This document shows positions 11,601 through 21,300 of a DNA stretch of 64,000 bases, piece after piece. Each line of letters starts with the position of its first letter. Positions within the stretch are counted from its first letter, which is position 1. The position numbers and the translations under genes are program-made. The DNA is from Planctomycetota bacterium (lineage in GTDB: Bacteria; Planctomycetota; PLA2; JAEUHO01), in NCBI GenBank assembly GCA_965222115.1, contig CBDCTJ010000005.1:64001-128000 (forward strand). Reading direction: 5' to 3'. The notes under the pieces were generated by a model. That model was not told the DNA's origin and ran no database searches. It worked only from the letters and a program-made list of their open reading frames with translations.

Positions 11601-13156
11601 TTGCGGGCGGCGATGCAGAGAAGGCCTCCGCGACATTGCGCGACATTTTGAGCGAAGGCACCACCGAAGACCTCACGCCAAGCATTGTTGCGGGTCTCTA
11701 CCTTTGCTATCGGGAGTTGGGCGCAGAGGGCGCGTCACGCACAACGGCGCAACGACTTGCGACGGAGTTTGCCAGCACCTCCTTTAGCTGGGCAGGTAAG
11801 GACTACACGGGGCGACTCCTACTCAAGGCCTATCCACGCGCCAATCCGCCCTCCAAAGCAACGAAACCAAACGCGCGACCGACCATTGAAGGCCCGCTCC
11901 GCGAAGTTCACTTCGAACCCTCCGGCGAAGACGTGGCGCGTTCGGTACTTGTCGAGATGGACCCCGACGACCCGGGCGGCTTGCCGCAAGTCCCCTACAG
12001 CGTCATGGCCTTCGACAACAATGCCGCCGCAATCGACTTGCGCACCGGCAAGGTGGCATGGCGCCAAACGATTGTGCCCATTCAACAGGCCACCTACTCC
12101 AATGGCACGCTGGTTATCGCTGCACTGGGTCGTTTCATTGGACTCGACGCAGCTACGGGTGAACAGCGATGGGATAGGAAGATCAGTGCGCAGCACAAAG
12201 ATCTAGGTTCGATTGGCGGTGTTGTGATTTCGTTGCACCGTCCTCTCGGTCGTTCCTCGTCTACCGTAACGCTCATGGCGATGGATGCGCGCAAGGGCAT
12301 TGAGCTATGGAAACGCTCATTCCCATCCAAGTCGGTACGGCGCTTCTCCACATTCCCCAACGCGATCGTGTTGGAACACGACAGATTCACAGGAGCGCGC
12401 GCGAGCAAGAAACTCGTCGTGGTAGACCCCCTGAGCGGCCGCACGCGCCATGAGATTCGCTTACCGAGCCCTCTCCAACTCCGCACGCCCTATGTAGACC
12501 ATGAGATTTGCGTAGCGGTGGACGGTTATCGTGGCCGCAAGGGCGCCCGTGTACACCTGTTTGATATGCGCATCGGCAAAGAGCGCTTCAAAACCACACT
12601 CACGGGCAAAGCCCAAGTGAAGGCCGTTCAACGCTACAAGGATAAAGTGTACGTGCTGCGCAGTGACGGTCACCTCGTCACGCTCTCCACCGACAACGGC
12701 AAGATCCTTCACGAAACGCGCATTTACCTTGGTGATGGCGTCTTGGTGCGACCGTTCCCTCGCACCGAACTGTTGGTCAACGACACGTCACTCATGATCG
12801 TGCCCTGGACAAGTCGCCAGAACGCAGGCGTACTCTGCTACGAACTCCGCTCTGGCAAGTTGCAGTGGGAACTCCCCTTCGCCGAGAAAATGCGCCATAG
12901 CTACGCCCTGTTAGCACAGCACGGCGATACCCTCGTAAGCGTTACGTCGCATACCAAGCGACGCGAAATGAGCATTACCTTGCGATTGGTGGACCCCAAC
13001 ACCGGCAACGTGCTGTTCACTGCAAAACCTGAGGGCATTTCGCGCGCCAATTGGATGCCCACCGTGATCGTTGGCTACGGAACGCTGGTGGTGTACGGGC
13101 GTTCGGGCTGTAGTGTGTTTCGTGGAGCGTCGGAAGCGCCGCTGAAAGTTCGGTAA
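8615..13156 (+). CDS. Large secreted protein with PQQ-like beta-propeller repeats and TPR-like helical regions
   Basis: Signal-like N-terminus; repeated A.D...G...W blades (FDLYSGRKLW, FDLRSGELRW, IDLRTGKVAW, LDAATGEQRW) in two blocks separated by a helical TPR-like region (REYPNASAVSQAMVKRAE). Confidence 0.8.
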   Translation: MRYVFGRDRTSKSRMLIRRRVVLLGVVVGIALGASHVRAKDDELEPAALGFLFAVRDTPAARFTLEEARDALEGGRTVQALRAIQRVLDTMSNDFYLMPEESSRKSVLWRSAPEVARSLLEGLSPQHRQTYANMTEPQAKPLFERALRAGSEHDLNEVLRRFGASPVGLQAARLLAERALGEGRWRDAARVAREGLRFAPKDAGLWARLLDAVGKLDNHRTLKRMQAPDDVTLGLRGRSRTAKAYLAELLKKSHRSAALRDWPTLAGNASRDAVNSHMPSRPSHLRARERMAFKLREDDPPNRRRNYGFMSGGRSNASLSAHLKTFRPIFPVNEGRNVYACDGRTVRAFDLYSGRKLWQFDARRAPRSLNVVEPHDEALGRTSLERVFSPTVAGDTVVATLEVKRPYERQQLHNVSITTYLPHRVVVALNKHSGALLWSMADKGLSRLTLADESVIAPVAISEGLVIAVTSRHEGNHNVSMMAFDLRSGELRWRRSLGSGQQELNLFGYPIKEPAGTTLAVADGVAYASSGLGFIAAVDIRTGVPRWLASYEIDEIEPVRHWYTAPRRTLRMAPSPAIVRGDALIVAASDAKHVHVYDRNSGVLRWRHPYVRGGMRRGSLGQLIGVANDGKQDVVLVSDARLRALALDGVNQGKEVWWGRFDPEVAHGIGRGAVVKNEVLVPTVEGLQRFSLTGHGKFLGTSPWPAGAAPGNVLALSHVLLISGSNSIQWFFDWKDIERDIATRRRERPKDPSVLIEAGELYLRGGGATQRARTSFTEALRMLKGAANKSLARRAEEGLFRAWMDDARKVLPTNPKKARKHFASALKHAKTPRDITEVRLAQHQAFQGNFDAQAENLRALADAVGDARVSLQPTDAPIPVRAYALTQLAELYLGREDDDKANAKRAVDVYQEIIRLHPKSDDDADMWNAELAAGAIDDVIDEYGREVYAAHERKAQALLKKSAVGGDLDQLDRLLREYPNASAVSQAMVKRAEIQLAGGDAEKASATLRDILSEGTTEDLTPSIVAGLYLCYRELGAEGASRTTAQRLATEFASTSFSWAGKDYTGRLLLKAYPRANPPSKATKPNARPTIEGPLREVHFEPSGEDVARSVLVEMDPDDPGGLPQVPYSVMAFDNNAAAIDLRTGKVAWRQTIVPIQQATYSNGTLVIAALGRFIGLDAATGEQRWDRKISAQHKDLGSIGGVVISLHRPLGRSSSTVTLMAMDARKGIELWKRSFPSKSVRRFSTFPNAIVLEHDRFTGARASKKLVVVDPLSGRTRHEIRLPSPLQLRTPYVDHEICVAVDGYRGRKGARVHLFDMRIGKERFKTTLTGKAQVKAVQRYKDKVYVLRSDGHLVTLSTDNGKILHETRIYLGDGVLVRPFPRTELLVNDTSLMIVPWTSRQNAGVLCYELRSGKLQWELPFAEKMRHSYALLAQHGDTLVSVTSHTKRREMSITLRLVDPNTGNVLFTAKPEGISRANWMPTVIVGYGTLVVYGRSGCSVFRGASEAPLKVR

Positions 13157-13236
13157 CGCGCCATACGGTGTCAGGAACGAATTCACACTTTTTGTGGAAT
13201 GTGAACGGGTCTTGTGCGGTCGTGTGCAGTTCACCT

Positions 13237-13269
13237 CACGCAGGGGCGCCAAGTTGCAGAGGCGCGGAG
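13237..13269 (+). repeat. Left copy of 33-bp inverted repeat
   Basis: CACGCAGGGGCGCCAAGTTGCAGAGGCGCGGAG; matches reverse complement of 23547-23579 at 32/33 positions. Confidence 0.9.
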
Positions 13270-13490
13270 GGCGCAAGCGATGGGGAACGCGTATAGCGAA
13301 CGTGCTCAGGGACTGGATGTGGATCGCCGCCTGAAGACGCTCACACGAAGAGCGCTAAGAAACAAAGCGCAAGCGTTGGGTGGCGCGTCTTGGCGAGGTC
13401 GTACACACTCGATGGTGGGACGCAGCTTGAAGAAGAGGCTCTCACCAAGGAAAGGCCAAGGGCACCAAGCGCAACCGGACGCGTAGACAC

Positions 13491-13621
13491 TCCCCTCCTT
13501 GGGTGATCGAAGGGGAATGGCTCCGAAGGAGCCAAAGCTGATAGCTAGGGGTGAGCGAAGCGAACCCTGTGTAAGCGAATCTCTGATTCGCGCCGTGCGC
13601 ATCGAGGGACCGAATCAAGAG
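13491..13621. repeat. REP-like multi-hairpin cluster
   Basis: TCCCCT/AGGGGA (13491-13516), GGCTCC-GAA-GGAGCC (13519-13533), GGGT-GAGCGAAGCGA-ACCC (13549-13567), TGATTCG/CGAATCA (13584-13617). Confidence 0.55.
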
Positions 13622-13789
13622 CCGCGTCAATGGGTCACACACGACGTCCGCTCAACCGCTCGCACATCCGAGACGACTTGTGTAACGCACGCGTGTCGGT
13701 TGTGTCACGCTCGAATTTATGCAACAAGCGTTCACAACAAACGGTGTTCCAAACTCGCAAAGCCGCAAGCAAGCTATGTTTGAGCGTGA

Positions 13790-13837
13790 TTGACGCGTCG
13801 TTCACACGCGGTGTACTGTTAAAAACACGATTGTTTT
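13790..13837 (+). promoter_or_regulatory. Putative sigma70 promoter with adjacent palindromic operator for the HEAT-Rhs operon
   Basis: TTGACG (13790-13795), 18 nt spacer, TACTGT (13814-13819), then AAAACA-cgat-TGTTTT (13822-13837) in an AT-rich patch. Confidence 0.35.
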
Positions 13838-14028
13838 CTTTGTAAAAAACGTTGAGAATTTCCGCGCCACCGGTTGCGCATATCTCTACTGTCGGCCTTG
13901 CGCTGTCGAGAAGCACGCGCACGTCGCCGTGTTCCTCGTTTTCTCCGCAACGAGCGACAGTCACACATATTGGGGTACGTATCCGCGCCAATCGCGGAGT
14001 GGATAGCTTCCCCAGTTAGGGGCACACC

Positions 14029-15264
14029 ATGGCCAACGGCACATTGGATAAGAAGAGGAATCGCGAGCCAAATCGGGGCCGCGAGCGTGAAGTTGGTTCC
14101 TCGGATCGCGTTGATCGCGCGCAGAAGGTGAGGCGCGCTGCACCTGTCGCCGGTGTGATGCTTGTGGCACTTGTAGCAGCGGTGATCACCGCAGCGCCAA
14201 CGCCGTACGAAGCTGATTTGGCGCTTTTGTCCAATGTCGATGCTCAGAAGCGCCAAGACGCGAGCGATCGTCTGGGAAAGGGCGGTAGCGAGCAGGCCAC
14301 AAAGCTCTTGGACGAACTTGCAGGCAAACACTCCGCCGTCACACGCGCCGGTCTTGTGCGCTCCCTTTCAAAGCTACCTGTGGGTGGTGATCACGTGAGC
14401 GCACTTCGTGATCTCTTGGCGAGTGACAACGTCAACATTGCAGCAAGCGCCGCGCTGATTCTTCAGAAGGCGCCAAAGGCACGTGACAAGCTCGTTGCTG
14501 AGCTTGCAGACGTTCTTGCCGATGATCGCGTAGCCGATGGCGTCAAGGCTCGTGCAGCGCGTGCGCTCAAGGGAACCACCGGTGCAGGCGCCAAGGCATT
14601 GGAGGCTGCGGCAGCGGGTAGCGGGCTCACAAAGCTGGCTGCAATTCGTACGATTGGCTTCATCCCAACGTCTGGCCCCGGCAAGCTCGCATCGATCGCC
14701 ACGGATGAAAAACGCGAAGATCGAGATCGAGTTCTCGCGATGCGTTCTCTTGGTGAAGTCACGGGCAGCAACGCGAGTTCTGCTTCTTCCCAACTCAAGA
14801 CGCTCGTGAAGAACACGTCGGGGTTTGTGCGCGAGCACGCCACAGCAGCACTTAGTGCGAGGGGCGAGTCTGGAAACACCTCGACGTTCGTCACGCTTGC
14901 GAAAGACAAAGACGCGCGCGTTCGGCTGGAAGCACTTCGCGCCATTCAGAAGGCGAAGGCAGTTTCAAGCGAGAAATCCACGGTCAAGACGCTGCTATCC
15001 GATTCGGATGTTCGCGTGCAAGAACTTGCCTTGCGTCTCGCGGCCGCTGAGAAGCCGTGGGACTTGTCCGATGTCAAGAGCACATTCGTTTCCGAGCTTG
15101 GTTCCAAGAACTTCAAGATCCGTCTCGGTGCTGCCTTAGCGCTTGCCGCGTATGGCGACAAGGGCGGGCTTCAAACCATGAAGACCGACAAGGATTCATC
15201 CACCAAATCCGTCGCGGCCCAAGCCAAGGCCGCGTACGACCTCATTGACAAAATCGAAGAGTAG
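14029..15264 (+). CDS. Exported or membrane-anchored HEAT-repeat (PBS lyase-like) protein
   Basis: Basic N-terminus then hydrophobic segment; repeats such as LAKDKDARVRLEALRAI, LLSDSDVRVQELALRLA, SKNFKIRLGAALALAAYGD. Confidence 0.8.
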   Translation: MANGTLDKKRNREPNRGREREVGSSDRVDRAQKVRRAAPVAGVMLVALVAAVITAAPTPYEADLALLSNVDAQKRQDASDRLGKGGSEQATKLLDELAGKHSAVTRAGLVRSLSKLPVGGDHVSALRDLLASDNVNIAASAALILQKAPKARDKLVAELADVLADDRVADGVKARAARALKGTTGAGAKALEAAAAGSGLTKLAAIRTIGFIPTSGPGKLASIATDEKREDRDRVLAMRSLGEVTGSNASSASSQLKTLVKNTSGFVREHATAALSARGESGNTSTFVTLAKDKDARVRLEALRAIQKAKAVSSEKSTVKTLLSDSDVRVQELALRLAAAEKPWDLSDVKSTFVSELGSKNFKIRLGAALALAAYGDKGGLQTMKTDKDSSTKSVAAQAKAAYDLIDKIEE

Positions 15265-15320
15265 GGCGCAACGCATCACCGAAAACCATCAAGCAAGGTG
15301 TGAGCGAGATTGGGGTAGAC

Positions 15321-18300
15321 ATGGCCAGCAAGAACAGAAACAGTCGAAAGCGTTCAAAGAAGGACAGCCGCCCGGAAACACCTCGCCCATGGGTGCATAC
15401 GCCTCTGGGGCTGGTTGCCGTAGGGCTTGCAACCTACGCTCTGGCATTCCTCGTGCTAACCGGTGGTCGTCGCATTCTTGCTGAGGCGGCGCCTCCAAGT
15501 CCGATCGTCATCACCGACTTCGGAATGAAGGACACGAGCACCACAGGAAATCCAAAGGAGTCGTACAACTTGGCCGGGCAGGCTGGCGGCATCTACCAGG
15601 TCGATAACGCGAACCGCCATGCGGTTTCGTTCACGTCACTAAAGCCCGCCCACTCCAACAACGCGGTTCAGCAGATTGACTTGGATAAGACTTCCGGGGA
15701 TGTCATCTACGGTGCGAGCAACGGTGAGATTGTTCGCGTTGACATGACGACCAACACGTCAACCACTGTCGGAACGGTTTCGGGTGCAGATTTCAAGGTA
15801 GCCGCGGCCGACAACAACTCCTCAAGTGTGGATGCCTGGGCGATCGACGCGAATACCAACTCGCTTTATGAGTTCAAGTCCAGTGGTCCGTCGGTACTCG
15901 GTAATCCCTCGTTTGGTCAGGGTCCAACCGAACTGGCCGGCCCCAAGCCCGGTAACAACAACGTCGTCGCTTTGGGAGACGGTTCGGCTGAGATCTATCG
16001 TCTCGATGTGACGCTCTTAGTTGACTACGACGACACGTTTGCCGGTACCAATGTCGAGCCGACGGGTCTTGCGGTGGCCGACGCAGACTATTGTTACGTC
16101 TCGATCAATGACGGCTCGACAGCAAAGGTCTTGCAGGTTGACTTGCGGGCATCGACCTTCGGTTTTGTGACGCCTGTTATGGGCACGTACTCAAACGTAA
16201 GTGCGGTGGACATTTCTGTTGCCGGTCCATGGGTCACCGTACTCATGTCGGATAGCGCGAACAACGAGACGACCGCGCGCGTGTTTGATGTCGGCGTTCC
16301 AAGTTCGCCGCTTTACGTGGGCAGCGTGGACTTGTCGTTGGGCTACCAAGCCTACGGCGGGTTGACCACTTCGCTTATTGGCGGGGAGACCTATGACGAT
16401 CTCGAATTTGTTTGGGCAAACGCCACCCAAGACATGAGCGTGACGACTGGACGAGATGTTGACAACGAATGGACCTATGGGACTGCGACAACGGTTGCTT
16501 CCGGCTTAAATCCTGTCGTGACACCCGCAGCGCCGGGATCACACAATCAAGCGGCGCTCGGCTGCTGCGGGCCTTGTCCACCCTGGGGGCCCGAGGGCCA
16601 AGGCGAAGTTCGTCACAACGGCACGTGCGGCACAGCCACGATGTTTCCGGGTGGGGCAAGTGGCGGAGGCAGGATTCAGGGAAGCACGGGAGGTGCGTTG
16701 TCAATCTGCTCACTCGGCTCTTTCCCAGGCAGAGGCAAAGGTCTAGAGATTGAGCTGACCTATCGGTCACGTAGTAACTTTCCATATCGATACGGGAACG
16801 GGTGCAATCTCAGCCAGGATGTCCGCCTCAAGACCGAGACAAACGGCGACCTGACGTTTCAAAGTGCGTATGGACGCATGGATACGTATGTAAGCAACGG
16901 TGCGGGCGGATTCGTGAGCCCCCGACATTACGACACTACGCTAGTTGCGAGCGGGTCGGGGCATACGATCACGGATCGATTTGGCCAGACAGCTACATTC
17001 GACGCGAATGGATACAGAACCAGTCTGGCGGACAGATATGGCAACACTCACACGTTTACCTATTCTTCAGACAAGCTGACGAAGATCACAGATTCACTTG
17101 GCCGGATCTACAATTTTAATTACGACACCACGGGCCGACTTTCAAGCGTAGTAGACTTCGGCGGGCGAACGTGGACACTCAAGTATGATTACATTGGCAA
17201 TCTGCGGCAACTGACAACTCCCGCATCTGCTCAGTTTCCTAACGGCCGTACAACCACATACTCATATTCGCCAAGGAACGCGGACTCCCGGCTCCAGGGC
17301 AACTTGATTCATGTAGAGAACCCCGGCGATGAGGTTGTGCAGACTCTGAAGTACAATGAGCACGACATGGTCGTTGAAGAAGTTCGAGGCGACACTTCGA
17401 AGATCATCAGTTATGACATCACGAACAACCAGACGACCTTCGTAGACCATGCGGGGAATACGACGCGATGGACTTTTGACGCGAACGCGATGGTGACTGA
17501 GACGAAGATTTACACCAAGGGCCTGAGAACCGGGGAACCTACAGCGTTCACAACCGCATACACAATCGATTCAGTATCAGGATTTGTTAAGGCCGTCGTG
17601 TACCCGCGCGGCAACCGAACCGACTACACATATGACAGCTCCCTCAATCTCACTGAGGTCCGGCACCGGACGACGGACACCAGCACCAACAGCGGCACGG
17701 ATCTCGTTACCTCGTACCAGTACACGGCCCAATACAACCAAATGAGCCAAGTGACCGACCCCAAGGGCAACGTCACGTCCATGACGGTTGATTCCTCTGG
17801 GAACACGACGGCCGTATCGCGACCTGCGGTCACGCAGCCGACGAGCCAGTCCATCGCAGAGACTTTTGCATACGATTCCTACGGGCGCATCACGTCGGCA
17901 ACCGATGCGGAGAGTCGCGTAACGAATTTTGTGTATTACACATCTGGTTCCCAAAATGGATACTTGCACAAAGTCATTCGTGATCCTGACGGGCTCTCGA
18001 TCACCACGACGTTCCAATATGATCAGTATGGAAACGTAACCTCTGTAACAGACCCGAGTGGTGCCACGACGACCATCACGGTGGACGCCGAAAACTTTGT
18101 TACACAGATACAAGCGCCTACGCCGCTTAACTACAAACGCAAGTTCACCTACGATGCCAATCGAAATCTCACGCTGCTTGAAACGGAGAACCGCGACAAA
18201 GACGGCACGCTCGATCCCACCACGCCCTGGATTGAGACAAGTTATACGTACAACGAGATGGGCTGGCGTTTGACTGCCACCCAAGATCTGACGTCGTCAA

Positions 18301-21300
18301 GTCAAGCGGTAACGACATATGAGTACGACGGCGAGGGCAAGGTCACCAAAATTCAAAGCCCGACGGGCGAAGAGACGAAGATCGAGTACGACGAGCGAGC
18401 GTTGCTTTTCAAGCTCACGCGGGGCTACGGCGCGGCTGAAGCCTCGACGATTCAAGTGGACTACGATGCCAACGGCAATCGCAGCAAGACGATCAATGGC
18501 GAAGGCGACGCGACGAATTTCACGTACGATCTCTTTGACCGCGCCACGAAGCGAACGAACGCGCTGAGTCACTATGTTTCTTGGACCTACGATAAGAACG
18601 GAAACGTCCTGACGGCGGCAGCCTACAACGCCTCGAACGTGCTTCAGGCCAAGACGACGAATCATTTTGACGAAGTGAACCGGATCTGGAAGCGTGTTCA
18701 GGATCGATTTGGCTCGGGCCTCACGCCGAGTTACCCGACGGTCACCATCCAGCACGATAAGACGGGTCGCGTCACCGAGATCAAAGATCCGCTCAACAAT
18801 AAGACGACCTATTCATACGACACTGCAGGACGCCAGACCAAGGTCCAAGACGCCGTTGGAAACGAAACCGAGTGGGTCCTCGATGCGCGCGGGCAAGCCA
18901 CCAAGATCAAGCGCAAGGACATTCCTACGGCAGGCGGTTCCGAAACGTTTGAAACCGAGTTTGTCTACGATGCCCTGGGCCGCCTAACCTCCAAGCGCGA
19001 GATCGACCGGCTCAACGCTTCAAACATTTTGACGACGAATTTTTCGTATGACAGCCGCGAAAATTTGACCTTCCGAGTAGACGCCGAAGGGAATCCTGTT
19101 CGTTGGGCGTACGACCTCGCGAATCGCCAGACGAGCTATGAGCGCGCGCTTGCTATTGGCACGTCGATTGACGATTTCACCAATAGCATACTTGAGACAG
19201 CGAGCTTTGACGCCTCGGGCCGATTGACGTCGGTGACTGACGACAATCTGAACACGACGTCCTATTCTTATGACGCCCTTTCGCGCGTGTTCAAGACGAC
19301 CTTTGCCGACACGAAGTTCGTGACCCGAACTTTCGATAAGAACGATCGCGTCAAGACGTGGACGGATCAGAACGGCACCGTGGTTACCAATACCTATGAC
19401 ATGCTGAGTCGTCTGACTTCGCGCACGGTCAATCGCGCCACCGGTGTCTTGGGAACGACGTCGGAGACCTATTCCTACGATGCGCTAAACCGCATGCTCA
19501 CCGCGAAAGACAATGACTATGAGGTGCAGTTCACGTATGACAGCGTGGGCAACGAGCTGAAGGAAACGCAGGGCTACACAGTGACAGGTCAAGAGAAGTG
19601 GCGCACCGTCACCTCGACGTATACCGACGCGGGCTCGCGTAGCGCGATTCAGTATCCGAGTGCCTTCAGTGTGCTTCACCAACGCGACGCCATCTACCGC
19701 ATGACGGCCATGGTAGATTCCGCGGCCTCCACCAACATCGCGAGTTTCACATTCCAGGGCGCAGGCCGCCTTGCCAAGACAACCAACCAGAACTCGACCA
19801 CGACGGACCACGGGTACGACGGCTTTGCGCGTCTCTCGCAGCTCGATCACAAGAATGGCTCGGCGCAGAGCTTCCACACATTCGACTATTTGTATGACAA
19901 AGTCCACAACCGTCGGATGGAGAAGAACTCGTTCAACGCCACCTGGATCGGCTCGTTACCGACCGGGATCCAGCCCTTCCTGAATGCGCGAAACGGCAAG
20001 GGCGATGTCTATGCCTACGATATGGCCTACCGCATGGTGGACACGCGTTACGACGTAACCAATCCCGCAACGGAGGTGGGCACACCCGGTTCGCAGACTT
20101 ACGTCACCAAGCAAGTCTACACGCTCGATGGCCTCGGCAACCGCAGCCAAACGCAGCAGACTCCGTGGGGCGGCTCAGCCACAACAGTTGCTTACTCGTT
20201 CAATGCGATGAATGAGTACACGGCGATTGGCGGTACTTCGCGCACACACGATAGCAACGGCAATCTGACGGACGACGGCACGCAGACTTACCACTACGAT
20301 TACAAAAATCGCTTGGTCGAGGTGCGGGTCAGTGGATCGAGCACTGTTGTTGCGAAGTACAAGTACGACGCGCTCGGGCGGCGGGTTGAAAAGCACGTCG
20401 TCTCCGGCGCGGTCACGACGCGCTACATTCTCGATGGCCAGGACATCGTCGAGGAGTTTGACGGGAACAACACATGGCTTGCGCGCTACTTCCACGAAGA
20501 CCGTATTGACCATCCGCGGGCGATGGATCGCGCGGACATTGCGGATGTGGATGGGGACAGCAATACGGCAGAGATTCTTCGGTTCACGTATCACCAGAAC
20601 GCGCTTGGGAATGTGAGCGAAATTTCAGCGCCCGGTGGCGGAGTAGTTGAATGGGTGACGTATGACGCCTATGGAAAGGCGACCGTTCGAAACTCGGCGG
20701 GGACGACGCAGGGGTCGAGCTATGTTGGAAATCCGTTCTTGTTCACGGGGCGCGAGTTCGACGCCGAGTCGGGAATGTATCACTATCGTGCGAGGGCGTA
20801 CGACCCAGAGACGGGGCGGTTCTTGCAGAGGGATCCACTGGGGTATGTGGATGGGTTGGGGTTGTATGAATACGTGGGAAGCCGGCCGAGCACGTCCGTG
20901 GATCCTAGTGGGGCGCTCTCCGAAGCAACGGAGGCAGCGATAAAGAAAGCTGAGGCCGCCTTTAAAAAATGGGCGGCTAAGAACCAACAGATGCAGTCGT
21001 TGGTAGCAAAATTGCTGGCAGAGATCGCGAAATTGAGGAAGGCCCGTCAGGGCAACGATACGAAGAGGAGGCAACTCAAGAAAAAGAAACAAACGGACGA
21101 GTGCGTAAAGGAGATCGCGGTTTTGTCCGCCTCAATCGCGCAGCAGGATAGTCAAATCAAGAAATTACTGGAACAACTCAAGGAGATCAAGAAGAGTGAT
21201 GAATACAAGAAGGCCAAGAAGGAAGCGGAAGATGCCAAATCTGACTTCGAAGACGCCCTCAAAGACGCCATTGATGCTATCGACAATGACAATACGACCA

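Noticed and set aside
13180-13205. Intrinsic terminator after the PQQ-propeller gene
   Set aside because: Only a weak AT-rich stem (TTCACA/TGTGAA), with the T-run inside the loop rather than after the stem.
13214-13991. Small ORFs in the 13.2-14.0 kb gap as transposase remnants
   Set aside because: No HUH, DDE or recombinase motifs recognisable; translations look like non-coding repeat sequence.
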